Shown piece after piece: positions 40,426 through 50,309 of a DNA stretch of 64,000 bases. Origin of the DNA: an uncultured Calditrichota bacterium (GTDB lineage: Bacteria; Calditrichota; Calditrichia; JAJRVZ01); the NCBI GenBank assembly GCA_964489835.1, contig CAZBBC010000013.1:3578-67577 (forward strand). The letters are read 5' to 3'. A program made the translations under genes and the position numbers. Under the pieces are notes generated by a model. The model did no database searches and was not told where the DNA came from. It saw only the letters and a list, made by a program, of their open reading frames with translations. Position 1 is the stretch's first letter. Each line of letters opens with the position of its first letter.

Positions 40426-41040
40426 TCAGAATCTCCGCCCTAATTCAAAACGAAGTTCGAACATGGAATGATCACTGGTTTCTCCTAGTATCTTCGAGAA
40501 TGGCATAAATCTGTATTGTGCTTTGATACTAACGAGATATTTGACATCTACTGAAATATCCACCCCACCTCCGATGAATCCACCCGCTGTCCAGCGATAC
40601 TGATTTTCCAGGTCATCGACTTCAGGAAAATTCATACCGAAAATGGGTCCAAATCCGGCACTAAGAAAAGGTCGGAAACTGTCATCCATATCTTCTGCAA
40701 AAAATCTCCGCTTCAAGATGAACATCAGATCAAATAGATACACATTATTTACATCATTGATTGAGTAAAAATTTCCATAATAATCGACATATTCAAATTG
40801 ACGTGAATCCCTTATAAAAAACGCATCAAAAGTCACACCGGCGTGATATAGCTGACTGAAAGGCCAGACTGCAAAAGCACCGAAACCTGTGCCGGTTTCT
40901 GCCATAGCAAACACAAAACCGGCTTCTTTTTTCGGCTTATTGTAATAATCATCCACCAACGTTTTATCATGATCCTGTGCCCATACCATGGTAATTAATA
41001 AGGATTGAATAAAAATTATACCTATAATTATTCGCTTCAT
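40426..41040 (-). CDS. Small outer-membrane beta-barrel protein
   Basis: Signal peptide, alternating aromatic/Gly strands (RPFLSAGFG, GFIGGGVD) and C-terminal Phe. Confidence 0.7.
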   Translation of the reverse strand: MKRIIIGIIFIQSLLITMVWAQDHDKTLVDDYYNKPKKEAGFVFAMAETGTGFGAFAVWPFSQLYHAGVTFDAFFIRDSRQFEYVDYYGNFYSINDVNNVYLFDLMFILKRRFFAEDMDDSFRPFLSAGFGPIFGMNFPEVDDLENQYRWTAGGFIGGGVDISVDVKYLVSIKAQYRFMPFSKILGETSDHSMFELRFELGRRF

Positions 41041-41286
41041 TTATATGACTCCCTTCTTGCTCTATCATACACTAATTTTAAGAGTAAAGCGCGAGGTGCA
41101 AGATCTGAATATTTAATTAGTACAAATTCTTTCTTTGTGCATATTTCAGATCACTTTTAAATAAAGCACCATACTCTTTCATGTACGCCTAACAGCCAGC
41201 AGAGTTCAATAGAATTGACTATATTATTCTTACGAAAATTCAAATAATTCACCTGTCTATACCGTGTTATAGTAAAACGAAGATTT

Positions 41287-43623
41287 TTAATTCTTAATGG
41301 CCATATGAATGACATCATCGATATCATTTACAAAATGAAATTCGATATCTTTTATATTCTTCTTCGGAATTTCTTCCAGGTCTTTACGATTTTTTTCAGG
41401 CATAATAACCGTTTCAATACCCGCCCGTTTGGCCGCAAGAACTTTTTCTTTAATACCACCGACAGGTAGCACCATGCCTCTAAGTGTAATTTCTCCGGTC
41501 ATTGCCAGATTATCTTTCACACATTTATCTGTAAAAAGAGAATATAGTGCTGTAAATATAGTTATTCCGGCAGATGGACCATCTTTCGGTACGGCTCCGG
41601 CAGGAACATGAATATGCACATCGTATTTTTTATAGAAATCCTGGTCTATTTTAAATTTCTCACTATTGGCCCGAAGATAACTTCTTGCGGCTGCTGCCGA
41701 TTCTTTCATTACCTCACCTAATTTTCCGGTAAGATTTAATTCTCCCTTACCAGGCATTTTAGAGGCTTCGATAAAAAGTATATCGCCTCCTACAGGCGTC
41801 CAGGCCAAACCGGTAGCAACTCCCGGTCTTGAAGTTCTCTCGGCAACTTCTGAAAAAAATCTTTTCGGACCAAGATATTTGTATACAAGGTTGGTTGTTA
41901 TTTTGCGTGATTTAATTTTTTTCTCTACAATATTTTTTGCGACACCACGCACGATAGACGCGATTTCTCTTTCTAAATTACGTACCCCGGCTTCACGTGT
42001 ATAATGTTGAATAACTTCTTGTAATGCCTTATGGGAAAAGTTTATCTGATTAGTGGTTATTCCATGCGCATCTAACTGCTTTGGAACCAGATAACGTTCG
42101 GCAATTTGCAATTTTTCTTCTTCGGTGTAGCCATTGATTTCTATGATTTCCATTCTGTCTTTGAGTGCCGGCGGAATCGGATCCGGAATATTCGCGGTGG
42201 CAATGAACATTACCTTGGACAAATCAAAGGGCACTTCCAGATAGTGGTCAGTAAATGAGAAGTTTTGTTCCGGATCAAGTACCTCCAGAAGAGCAGATGA
42301 AGGGTCTCCACGAAAATCCATACCCAGTTTATCGATTTCATCAAGCATGATCAGTGGATTGCGGGAGTTTAATTTTTTGATCTCCTGAATGATCCGACCA
42401 GGGAGCGCACCAACATAAGTCCTGCGATGTCCCCTGATTTCTGCTTCGTCGCGAACGCCACCCAAAGACATGCGAGAAAATTTTCTCCCCAGTGCACGCG
42501 CGATCGATCTACCCAAACTGGTTTTACCTACCCCGGGAGGGCCGACAAAACAAAGGATCGGTCCTTTCATATCAGATTTTAACTGCCGTATAGCTAAATA
42601 TTCAAGAATACGTTTTTTTACCTTTTCCAGACCATAATGATCTTCATCCAAAATTGTTTCCGCCTTTTTGACATCCAATCTGTCAAGGGTCTTTTTACTC
42701 CATGGCATTTCAATAAGCCAATCCAGATAAGTACGCGATACCGTATATTCGCTGGCCATCGGTGACATTCGCGCCAACCGGTTTAATTCTTTTTCTGCCA
42801 CTTTGTGAACCTCCGGCGGCATTTTTGCCTCGATCAGTTTTTCTCTCAAATCCTCGATCTCAGTGCCCTCATCTTCATATTCCCCTAACTCTTTTTTTAT
42901 AGCCTTGAGTTGTTCGCGGAGATAATAGTGCCTTTGAGTTTTATTTAATTCGCCCTGGACTTCACTTTGAATTTTGGATCCCAATTCCAGTACCTGAAGC
43001 TCTTTATTTAAGAGATAATGGACCTTTTCCAGGCGGAGTTGAACATCGGTAATCTCGAGGGTCTGTTGTTTCTCGTTCACGGGAAAGTTTACCTGAGAGG
43101 CAATAACATCGCTTAGTTTTCCCGGATCATCCGTATTTAAGACCATTACCCGATGCTCCCCGGTTAAATAGGGAGATAAATCAACAATCTTCTGAAAAAG
43201 CATCTTCAGATTGTTCATTAATGCTTCTACTTCTACGGTTCGCGTTACCGATTCCTGGGCAGGTAGGACTGTAGCTTCAAAATGCGGATCTAATTGATTA
43301 TATTTTAAAACTTTAAAACGATAGATTCCCTGGACTATCAGCTGTTCACTACCATCTGGCATCTTGAATTTCTTCAGGATCATGGCTGCTGTACCCCAGT
43401 CGTACAGATCTTTGGCTTTGGGTTCTTCAATATTTCCATCTTTCTGAGAAACCAGACCGATAACCTTACTTTCTTCATCAATATATTTTAATAAATTTAA
43501 AGACTTCTCTCTTCCGACCGCTAAGGGGATTACCTGATGTGGAAAAACAACCGTATTCCTCAGAGGCATGATCGGTAATACTTCCGTTAAATTTATTTCA
43601 TCAATATCGGATACATGTGTCAT
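41287..43623 (-). CDS. lon: ATP-dependent Lon protease
   Basis: LPIMPLRNTVVFP, GPPGVGKT, DEIDK, PKDGPSAG (catalytic Ser) and GGIKEK motifs; RBS AGGAG. Confidence 0.97.
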   Translation of the reverse strand: MTHVSDIDEINLTEVLPIMPLRNTVVFPHQVIPLAVGREKSLNLLKYIDEESKVIGLVSQKDGNIEEPKAKDLYDWGTAAMILKKFKMPDGSEQLIVQGIYRFKVLKYNQLDPHFEATVLPAQESVTRTVEVEALMNNLKMLFQKIVDLSPYLTGEHRVMVLNTDDPGKLSDVIASQVNFPVNEKQQTLEITDVQLRLEKVHYLLNKELQVLELGSKIQSEVQGELNKTQRHYYLREQLKAIKKELGEYEDEGTEIEDLREKLIEAKMPPEVHKVAEKELNRLARMSPMASEYTVSRTYLDWLIEMPWSKKTLDRLDVKKAETILDEDHYGLEKVKKRILEYLAIRQLKSDMKGPILCFVGPPGVGKTSLGRSIARALGRKFSRMSLGGVRDEAEIRGHRRTYVGALPGRIIQEIKKLNSRNPLIMLDEIDKLGMDFRGDPSSALLEVLDPEQNFSFTDHYLEVPFDLSKVMFIATANIPDPIPPALKDRMEIIEINGYTEEEKLQIAERYLVPKQLDAHGITTNQINFSHKALQEVIQHYTREAGVRNLEREIASIVRGVAKNIVEKKIKSRKITTNLVYKYLGPKRFFSEVAERTSRPGVATGLAWTPVGGDILFIEASKMPGKGELNLTGKLGEVMKESAAAARSYLRANSEKFKIDQDFYKKYDVHIHVPAGAVPKDGPSAGITIFTALYSLFTDKCVKDNLAMTGEITLRGMVLPVGGIKEKVLAAKRAGIETVIMPEKNRKDLEEIPKKNIKDIEFHFVNDIDDVIHMAIKN

Positions 43624-43657
43624 TCTTTTCTCCTAGTTTCCTTAAAGAAGGAAGTTA

Positions 43658-43674
43658 AGCAAACGCAGTGCCAA
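43658..43674 (-). promoter_or_regulatory. Sigma54 (-24/-12) promoter of lon
   Basis: Minus strand reads TTGGCAC-TGCGT-TTGCT, matching the TGGCAC-N5-TTGCW consensus about 35 bp upstream of the start. Confidence 0.8.
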
Positions 43675-44263
43675 AGCGAAAGGTGTAACTATAACTCTAA
43701 TATTAATAATAAGATAAACAATGTTTATTATAATTTTGCTGTTTTATTAGTCTGACATCATGACAGATATCTATAAGTTGCAATATATAAAAGTTACAGA
43801 TGTGACCATAAACACAACATCTATCTGTAAATTTGCTCGCTTTATCACAAAATAAGACGATGAGGTGTTTGAAAAACAGCTATCCCTTTAATTTAATAAA
43901 AATTCCTCATAATTTATCTTAAAATTCAACAATTATTCAATAGCAGAATGATTGAAAGAATTTTTCCATTCCTGTCGTCTTCGACTCGATTTCCCGATTC
44001 AATTTTCAGGGACGTACGCATCTGCATTTATTGCTTTTAAAATAGAGGCGAAGCCTGGCTTTAATAATTACATAGGTTGAGAAAAAGCAGCAAATAACCC
44101 GTCTAATCTTCGACTATATTACCATAGGGTAATCTTGATGTTTGGACCGCTATTGGTGGGAGTAGGAAGCCTGATAGGAAGGAGATTAAATCGCAGGGAG
44201 GCATCATTGTTTCCAAAGATCCGATCAGTTCCCCGGATGTAAAACAGATGATTGAAATTATTT

Positions 44264-46687
44264 TTAATCCAATGTTTCCCGCACTTTTCTTAATAATTCC
44301 ATTGGTGTGAAAGGCTTTTGTATAAAAACTTTTCCGGGATCAAATGTACTTCGATTGGTGAAAACATCTTCTGAATAACCGGAGATAAATATAACTTTCA
44401 TTTGTGGTTGCAATGGCAATAACCTTTCAACCAGTTCCTGGCCATTCATCTGTGGCATGACTATATCAGAAATAATCAGATCAATATTCCCCGGATATTG
44501 CTCACAAATAAGTAAAGCACTTCCCCCATGTGGGGCATCTAAAATTTCATAGCCATATAATTTTAGAGTTTCCCGGATTAAATGGCGTACTTCATCCTGA
44601 TCTTCAACGACTAAAATTGTTTCAGTACCTGTCAGCAATATATCATGTAACTTTGGTTTATCCTCTGAATCAAGAGGTTCATCAACTCTCGGAAAATATA
44701 TATTGAATGTGGTCCCGTTATTCAATTCACTATCTACATAAATATATCCACCACTTTGTTTAATGATACCATAAACGGTAGCCAGACCGAGCCCGGTTCC
44801 TTTTCCTTTTTCTTTTGTTGTATAAAATGGCTCAAAAATATGCGCTTGTGTTTCTTTGTCCATACCAAAACCAGTATCACTTATTTTTAGCTGGACATAG
44901 CTCCCGATCTCTGCTTCCGGAAAATTTTGATTAAAATTTTTATCAAGCGTTGTATTTCTTGACTCAATTTTTAAAATTCCGCCCTGCGCCATGGCATCAC
45001 GTGAATTTACGGCAAGATTCATAATTACCTGTTCGAACTGTCCCGGGTCAGCTTTAATTTTACCAAGATCATTACTGAGGTTGATATCAAATTTTATGTC
45101 AGCCCCTATCAGGCGTTGTAACATATCCTTCATACCCAAAATCAATCGATTTAAATCGATCACCCTAGGTTGTAGAATCTGCTTTCGACTAAATGCTAAT
45201 AGCTGCTTGGTCAGAGATTCTGCCCGTTCAGAAGCTTCATTGATTTGCCTGATCTGGGCCGCAATAGGATCACTGGCGTTTATTTTGGCAAGGATCAATT
45301 CGCTATACCCCTGGATAACAGTCAGCAGATTATTAAAATCATGGGCCACCCCACCGGCCAGTTTGCCAATCGCTTCCAGTTTTTGAGACTGTTGTAACTG
45401 TGTCTCAAGACGTTTTCGCTCTGATATATCAGTGGCCACACCTATCAGTGCCATAGGATAACCGCCGTGATCATAAAGGACAGAAGTTGAAAGATGGATT
45501 GGAAATTCACTACCATCCTTTCTCCTGTTAATTATTTCTCCTTTCCATCCGCCGTTTAAAGATTCAGGAAGAATTTCATTATATGATTTACTTGAATCTT
45601 TATTACGTCTAACAATTGAAATTGGCTTCCCGATTAATTCATTCTTTTCGTATCCATAGGTTTCCAGGAATGCATCATTTACAAAAATAATATTATCCTT
45701 AAGATCAGTTACACTAACACATTCAGCAATGCATTTTAATGCCTGGGCAAGAACCGTAATTTCTTCCTCGGTTTTTTTTCGATCCGTAATATCCCTTGCG
45801 ATACCCTGAGTTCCCATAAAACTGCTTGAGACAGGTTTTGCGGTTGAATAGAGTCCTTCAGCCTCAAGAAGAAATATAGATTCCATAGGCACTGATTCTG
45901 ACCGATTTTCTAAAAATATAGTTCTCCCTTTTTTTGTTAAAAAACGTATTTCAAAAGATTTCGTTCGTCTTTCCCCTGTCCGTCTCTCATTAATGCGATA
46001 CAGAGCTTTTTCTTTATCGTCCGGATGTACCAGATCAAGAATACTCTTCCCCAATAATTCTTCGGGACTATAACCGTATTGTATTATTGCTTCACTGATA
46101 AAAGTGATATTACCTTCCGGATTAAGCCGATAAATAATATCGGGTATTGCCTTTAATATGGATTTCAGTCTTTCTTCCGAATCATGTAAGGCCAGCTCAA
46201 TTTCTTCCCGGTCGGTGATATCACGGGAAACAACGATCACGTTTTCGACTTCACCTTTTGCGTTACGTATCACATTGCCTTGTGATTCAATATAACGAAC
46301 GCTGCCGTCTTTCAAGAGCCATCGGTAGGCCGATCGCTTCCCAATACCGGTGCTAATAGTATCCCGGAAAATCTTTTCAATTTTTTCCCGATCTTCCGGA
46401 TGTATTTCCTTGAACGAGTCCGTTCCTTTCAATTTATCGGGATCCCCAAGAATTCTTTTATAAGAATTACTATTGAATAGCCGCTTTCCGTTCAAGTCCA
46501 GGATAGCGATCAGATCAGAAACATTATCTACGATCATCCGTAGAATTTGATCCCTGTCTTCGGTAAGATTGGTTACTGATGTTGTGGCATCGCCTTTTTC
46601 TACTTGTTTAAGTCGTGTACGTATTTTTTCCAATTCGTTGATTAACTGAACCTTTGTCTTATTTTCATCTTTCACGAAGATCTCCAA
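44264..46687 (-). CDS. Cytoplasmic PAS-domain hybrid histidine kinase/receiver (CckA-like architecture)
   Basis: Three PAS/PAC repeats (RDITDR, RDITDR, TDISER), H-box AHDFNNLL, FEPFYTTK, GTGLGL and C-terminal receiver SDIVMP. Confidence 0.93.
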   Translation of the reverse strand: MEIFVKDENKTKVQLINELEKIRTRLKQVEKGDATTSVTNLTEDRDQILRMIVDNVSDLIAILDLNGKRLFNSNSYKRILGDPDKLKGTDSFKEIHPEDREKIEKIFRDTISTGIGKRSAYRWLLKDGSVRYIESQGNVIRNAKGEVENVIVVSRDITDREEIELALHDSEERLKSILKAIPDIIYRLNPEGNITFISEAIIQYGYSPEELLGKSILDLVHPDDKEKALYRINERRTGERRTKSFEIRFLTKKGRTIFLENRSESVPMESIFLLEAEGLYSTAKPVSSSFMGTQGIARDITDRKKTEEEITVLAQALKCIAECVSVTDLKDNIIFVNDAFLETYGYEKNELIGKPISIVRRNKDSSKSYNEILPESLNGGWKGEIINRRKDGSEFPIHLSTSVLYDHGGYPMALIGVATDISERKRLETQLQQSQKLEAIGKLAGGVAHDFNNLLTVIQGYSELILAKINASDPIAAQIRQINEASERAESLTKQLLAFSRKQILQPRVIDLNRLILGMKDMLQRLIGADIKFDINLSNDLGKIKADPGQFEQVIMNLAVNSRDAMAQGGILKIESRNTTLDKNFNQNFPEAEIGSYVQLKISDTGFGMDKETQAHIFEPFYTTKEKGKGTGLGLATVYGIIKQSGGYIYVDSELNNGTTFNIYFPRVDEPLDSEDKPKLHDILLTGTETILVVEDQDEVRHLIRETLKLYGYEILDAPHGGSALLICEQYPGNIDLIISDIVMPQMNGQELVERLLPLQPQMKVIFISGYSEDVFTNRSTFDPGKVFIQKPFTPMELLRKVRETLD

Positions 46688-46904
46688 TACAGGATTTCAT
46701 AAATTAACTCTACGCTTTCTGTATTTCATTCATATTAATGATTATATAAAAGTCTTTGGATATTTGTACTTATTATGATGTTCTTTTACTATTATCGGTA
46801 TATTTAAGCGGAAGTAAATGATTATTTATCTTTTGACAAAAAAATATAAAAATCTGTTAAATCCGCAGCGCTTTTTGGAGTCACATACTGTGTTGATCTA
46901 AATA

Positions 46905-47083
46905 TTAACCACGAAGCGCACGAAGCACAAGAAGAATTATAAACGATGAAAAATGACAAAAGAAAAATGAACTAAAAAAATGCAATAAAAATAAAGACTG
47001 AGAATAAATTTAATTTAAAATAATTTTGATCATAAATATTTTATATATAAAAACTTCGTGATCTTCGCGTTCTTCGTGGTTAA
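46905..47083. repeat. MITE-like element bounded by inverted 3x9-mer arrays, family C
   Basis: TTA-ACCACGAAG-CGCACGAAG-CACAAGAAG ... CTTCGTGAT-CTTCGCGTT-CTTCGTGGT-TAA; perfect 12-bp terminal inverted repeat TTAACCACGAAG. Confidence 0.8.
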
Positions 47084-47130
47084 ATATATATTTACCAATT
47101 CCCAATTTATAATTCATAATTTATAATTAT

Positions 47131-47193
47131 TTCTCCTTCGTGATCGGAGCCTGTCCTGAGACCGAGAGGTCGAAGGATCTCCTTTGTGGTAAA
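47131..47193. repeat. Family-C right end interrupted by a different short repeat
   Basis: CTTCGTGATC[GGAGCCTGTCCTGAGACCGAGAGGTCGAAGGAT]CTCCTTTGTGGTAAA. Confidence 0.55.
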
Positions 47194-47314
47194 CGCTTTT
47201 TATATGTTATAATTTGAACGGCCTGAAGTCGTCACTTACACAAGGGTGAGCGCTAGGGTCGGTGTGGCCTATGCTATTATAGCCAAAAACTTTGTTTTTT
47301 TACACCAACGATAA

Positions 47315-48619
47315 TTAGAATGTGCGGTAAAGTGGCGTGGAGAATATAGATTTACGAATCAGGGCGTTCTCATCAATTTGTTCCGGTACATTGATAAAAA
47401 CATCATCCCCACCTCCATGGGCTTCCTGCACAGATTTTCCATCAACCGTAAATATTTCATTGATTACAAAAAGTACCGAGTCTGAAGGAAAAATTGCTTC
47501 AACTTGATCCCCACGGGAAATCCGGTTTCGAACTGAAATCAGGGCAGTACCTTTATTCCTGTCCACTTGTCTCACAATGCCTGAAAACTGATGGGTCTGA
47601 TTGGCCGAATGACTATGCTCAAAATTTTCTCCCAGGTGGCGAGGATTTTTTTCCAGAAAACCGGTTATATATCCGCGATTAGCCACAGTAAACATTTCCA
47701 GTTCCAAATTTTTATCAAAAGCTCCGCCATCTTTTAAATCATTCATTGCCCGGCGGTAGGCACGGGTGATGACACTGACGTAATAGACTGACTTATTCCT
47801 GCCTTCAATTTTAAAACTGTCAATACCGGCATCCCGCAGTCGGTTTAATATTCGAATCGCACATAGATCCCGGGAATTCATGATATAAGTACCGTTTTCA
47901 TCCTCATCAATCGGTAATAATTGTCCCGGCCTTTCTTTCTCCTCCAGAAAATAGTTACCATCTATCCGTTGATATGTCTCCGTGGTGGAGAAATCGTCTT
48001 CACCGTATATCTTGTAATCCCAGCGACAGCTATTTGTACAGGTTCCCTGATTCGAATCACGATGAGTAAAATAATTCGATAACAGACATCTCCCGGAATA
48101 GGATACACAAATCGCCCCATGTACAAATGTTTCAAGTTCTATTTCTGGAACCCGTTGCCTTATTTCGGATATTTCATTGATCGAAAGTTCTCTGGATAAG
48201 ATGATTCTTTTTAATCCTTGTTGATACCAGAATTTAACTGACACCCAATTAACGGTATTTGCCTGCGTTGATAGATGCAGAGGGATGGATGGACAATATT
48301 TCTGACTCATCAGGATAATACCAGGATCGGAGACAATTATCGCATCGGGCTTTATAGAATCCATCCATTGTAAAGTCTCTTTAAACTGTTCGATCTTCCG
48401 GTTATGCGGATAAATGTTCAATGTCAAATAGATTTTTCTATTTAATTGATGGCTGATTTCCACTGCTTTTTGAATAGATCCCCTATCAAAATCATTCTCT
48501 CTTGCACGCAAAGAGAAGCGCGGCACACCAGCATAAACCGCATCGGCGCCATAGGCAAATGCGTATTTTAATTTCATCAAATCACCGGCAGGCGCCAATA
48601 GCTCTGGTATGATACTCAT
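47315..48619 (-). CDS. Peptidase U32 family protein, TrhP/YegQ-like tRNA hydroxylase
   Basis: PELLAPAG, YGADAVYAG, HLSTQAN, HGAICVSYSGRC, CTNSCRW and FKIEGR motifs; C-terminal beta domain. Confidence 0.88.
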   Translation of the reverse strand: MSIIPELLAPAGDLMKLKYAFAYGADAVYAGVPRFSLRARENDFDRGSIQKAVEISHQLNRKIYLTLNIYPHNRKIEQFKETLQWMDSIKPDAIIVSDPGIILMSQKYCPSIPLHLSTQANTVNWVSVKFWYQQGLKRIILSRELSINEISEIRQRVPEIELETFVHGAICVSYSGRCLLSNYFTHRDSNQGTCTNSCRWDYKIYGEDDFSTTETYQRIDGNYFLEEKERPGQLLPIDEDENGTYIMNSRDLCAIRILNRLRDAGIDSFKIEGRNKSVYYVSVITRAYRRAMNDLKDGGAFDKNLELEMFTVANRGYITGFLEKNPRHLGENFEHSHSANQTHQFSGIVRQVDRNKGTALISVRNRISRGDQVEAIFPSDSVLFVINEIFTVDGKSVQEAHGGGDDVFINVPEQIDENALIRKSIFSTPLYRTF

Positions 48620-48697
48620 AAAATAATATTCCTTAAAATAAAATGAATGGCTATTCGGGATTTCTGAGAATTATCCTATAATCTTTATGCTGATCTG

Positions 48698-48742
48698 TTT
48701 AGAACACTAGATTGAAATCGCATTTTAATTTAGTGTTCTAAA
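48698..48742. repeat. Inverted repeat with 21-bp arms in the divergent U32/PhoH intergenic region
   Basis: TTTAGAACACTAGATTGAAAT-CGC-ATTTTAATTTAGTGTTCTAAA; both mismatches are G-T on the + strand. Confidence 0.75.
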
Positions 48743-48869
48743 TTCATCCATTCCAAAAATAATTTCATAGTGTAACCCAAAGCTGCTAATAAAAGAATTG
48801 CTTTTTCTCTTGAATTCTTTTTAATCACAATCTAAATTGAATTCAATATCAAACAGATCTTAGAATACT

Positions 48870-50309
48870 ATGAACGATAAATATACGGATTTAAATTTCC
48901 TCGAAAGCAAAGATGAGCGTCTTGTTTATATATTAGACACAAATGTTGTCCTGCATGACCCCGCCTCCATTTTTCGTTTTGATGAGCATATTGTTCTTAT
49001 TCCCTTCAGTGTTTTAGAAGAAATCGACGCCAAAAAAAATGATTCGGGAATTGGGTATAATTCGCGTGATATCAGTCAAAAATTGGAAATGCTCAGCACC
49101 CGTCAGGATGAAGGAACGGTGATTACGATCCCTAATGGGAAAGAAGGAGTCCTTTCTTTTCTGGCCGGTCATCTTTCTTCAACAATACCGTCGGAATTGG
49201 ATCTCAGCTATCGGGATAATTTAATGCTTTCCCAGGTATTGGGATTGAAAAGCACCTACTATCACAGAAGGTATATTTTTGTCACCAAAGATAGAAATTT
49301 ACGTATCAAGTGCCGGGCACTTGGCATTGAGACAGAGGACTACAAGCACGATCAGGTAAGTGAGGAGTATTTAGCCAGTTTTTTTCAATCAACCCAGGAG
49401 GTTAATCTTTCCTCCGAAGAGATTAATGAAATATTTACAACCAAAGACAGGCTGAAATGGAATTTACCTTACCGAAAAAAGTGGCGTCTCCGTCATAACG
49501 AAGGTGTCGTTCTGTATGATCCCAGCGGTGATTTATTTGGATTAGGAATTCGCAAAGAAGACAGATTACACTATATCGATTATCACTCGATAAAAGTACT
49601 AGGCATGCCGCCTAAGGTACTCGATATTCAAAATTATTCCTACAATTTTGAGCAGGCTATTTGCATGCGTCAAGCCATGGATGATGATGTGAAAATTCAG
49701 ATTATTATCGGGAAAGCCGGAACCGGTAAAACCCATATTGCAATGGCTGCAGGTCTGGAAAAAGTATTTAAGGAAAAACGTTACGAAAGTATAAAGTTGA
49801 TAAAACCTATTGTCACTAAAAGTCGATTGGGAGAGGATATAGGATTTCTGCCCGGATCACTGAGACGAAAGCTAATCCCAAAGATGCGTCCTTTTATAGA
49901 AAAATTGCGCCAATTTAGTGACGAAGATTTTTTATCTACAGATACAGGATACCAAAAGCTTCTGGATAGCGGAATTGTGGAATTGATAAATCTCGCTGAT
50001 GTCAGAGGTGCCGATCTGGCCGGTACCTTTGTTATATTTGATGAAGCACAAAATGCAAATCCGTTTCAAATGCGTACCCTTGGCACCCGATTGGGTGAAA
50101 ATACAAAACTCATCGTATTAGGGGATCCCACCCAGATCGATAGTATATATTTGGACAAATATTCCAATGCGCTTATTAATTTGTACCTGAATTCAATCAA
50201 TCATCCTGCCCCATTTCTGGCGCAGGTATGTCTGATGCAAATGGTCCGTTCTCATACATCACGATGGTTTGAAGAAGTTATTCAGCCGGATCGTGCACGG
50301 AATGAGTAA
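48870..50309 (+). CDS. PIN-domain PhoH-family ATPase (PhoH2/YlaK-like)
   Basis: N-terminal PIN motifs ILDTNV, LEEID and VTKDRNLRIK; ATPase motifs GKAGTGKT, IGFLPG, DEAQN and GDPTQID. Confidence 0.9.
   Translation: MNDKYTDLNFLESKDERLVYILDTNVVLHDPASIFRFDEHIVLIPFSVLEEIDAKKNDSGIGYNSRDISQKLEMLSTRQDEGTVITIPNGKEGVLSFLAGHLSSTIPSELDLSYRDNLMLSQVLGLKSTYYHRRYIFVTKDRNLRIKCRALGIETEDYKHDQVSEEYLASFFQSTQEVNLSSEEINEIFTTKDRLKWNLPYRKKWRLRHNEGVVLYDPSGDLFGLGIRKEDRLHYIDYHSIKVLGMPPKVLDIQNYSYNFEQAICMRQAMDDDVKIQIIIGKAGTGKTHIAMAAGLEKVFKEKRYESIKLIKPIVTKSRLGEDIGFLPGSLRRKLIPKMRPFIEKLRQFSDEDFLSTDTGYQKLLDSGIVELINLADVRGADLAGTFVIFDEAQNANPFQMRTLGTRLGENTKLIVLGDPTQIDSIYLDKYSNALINLYLNSINHPAPFLAQVCLMQMVRSHTSRWFEEVIQPDRARNE

Noticed and set aside
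41102-41152. Imperfect inverted repeat GATCTGAATAT...ATATTTCAGATC between lon and the beta-barrel gene
   Set aside because: It is AT-rich, imperfect and single-copy, so it cannot be distinguished from a weak terminator or chance.
46905-47083. Possible CRISPR array suggested by the periodic repeats
   Set aside because: The units are adjacent 9-mers in inverted arrays with no spacers, and no cas genes are present.
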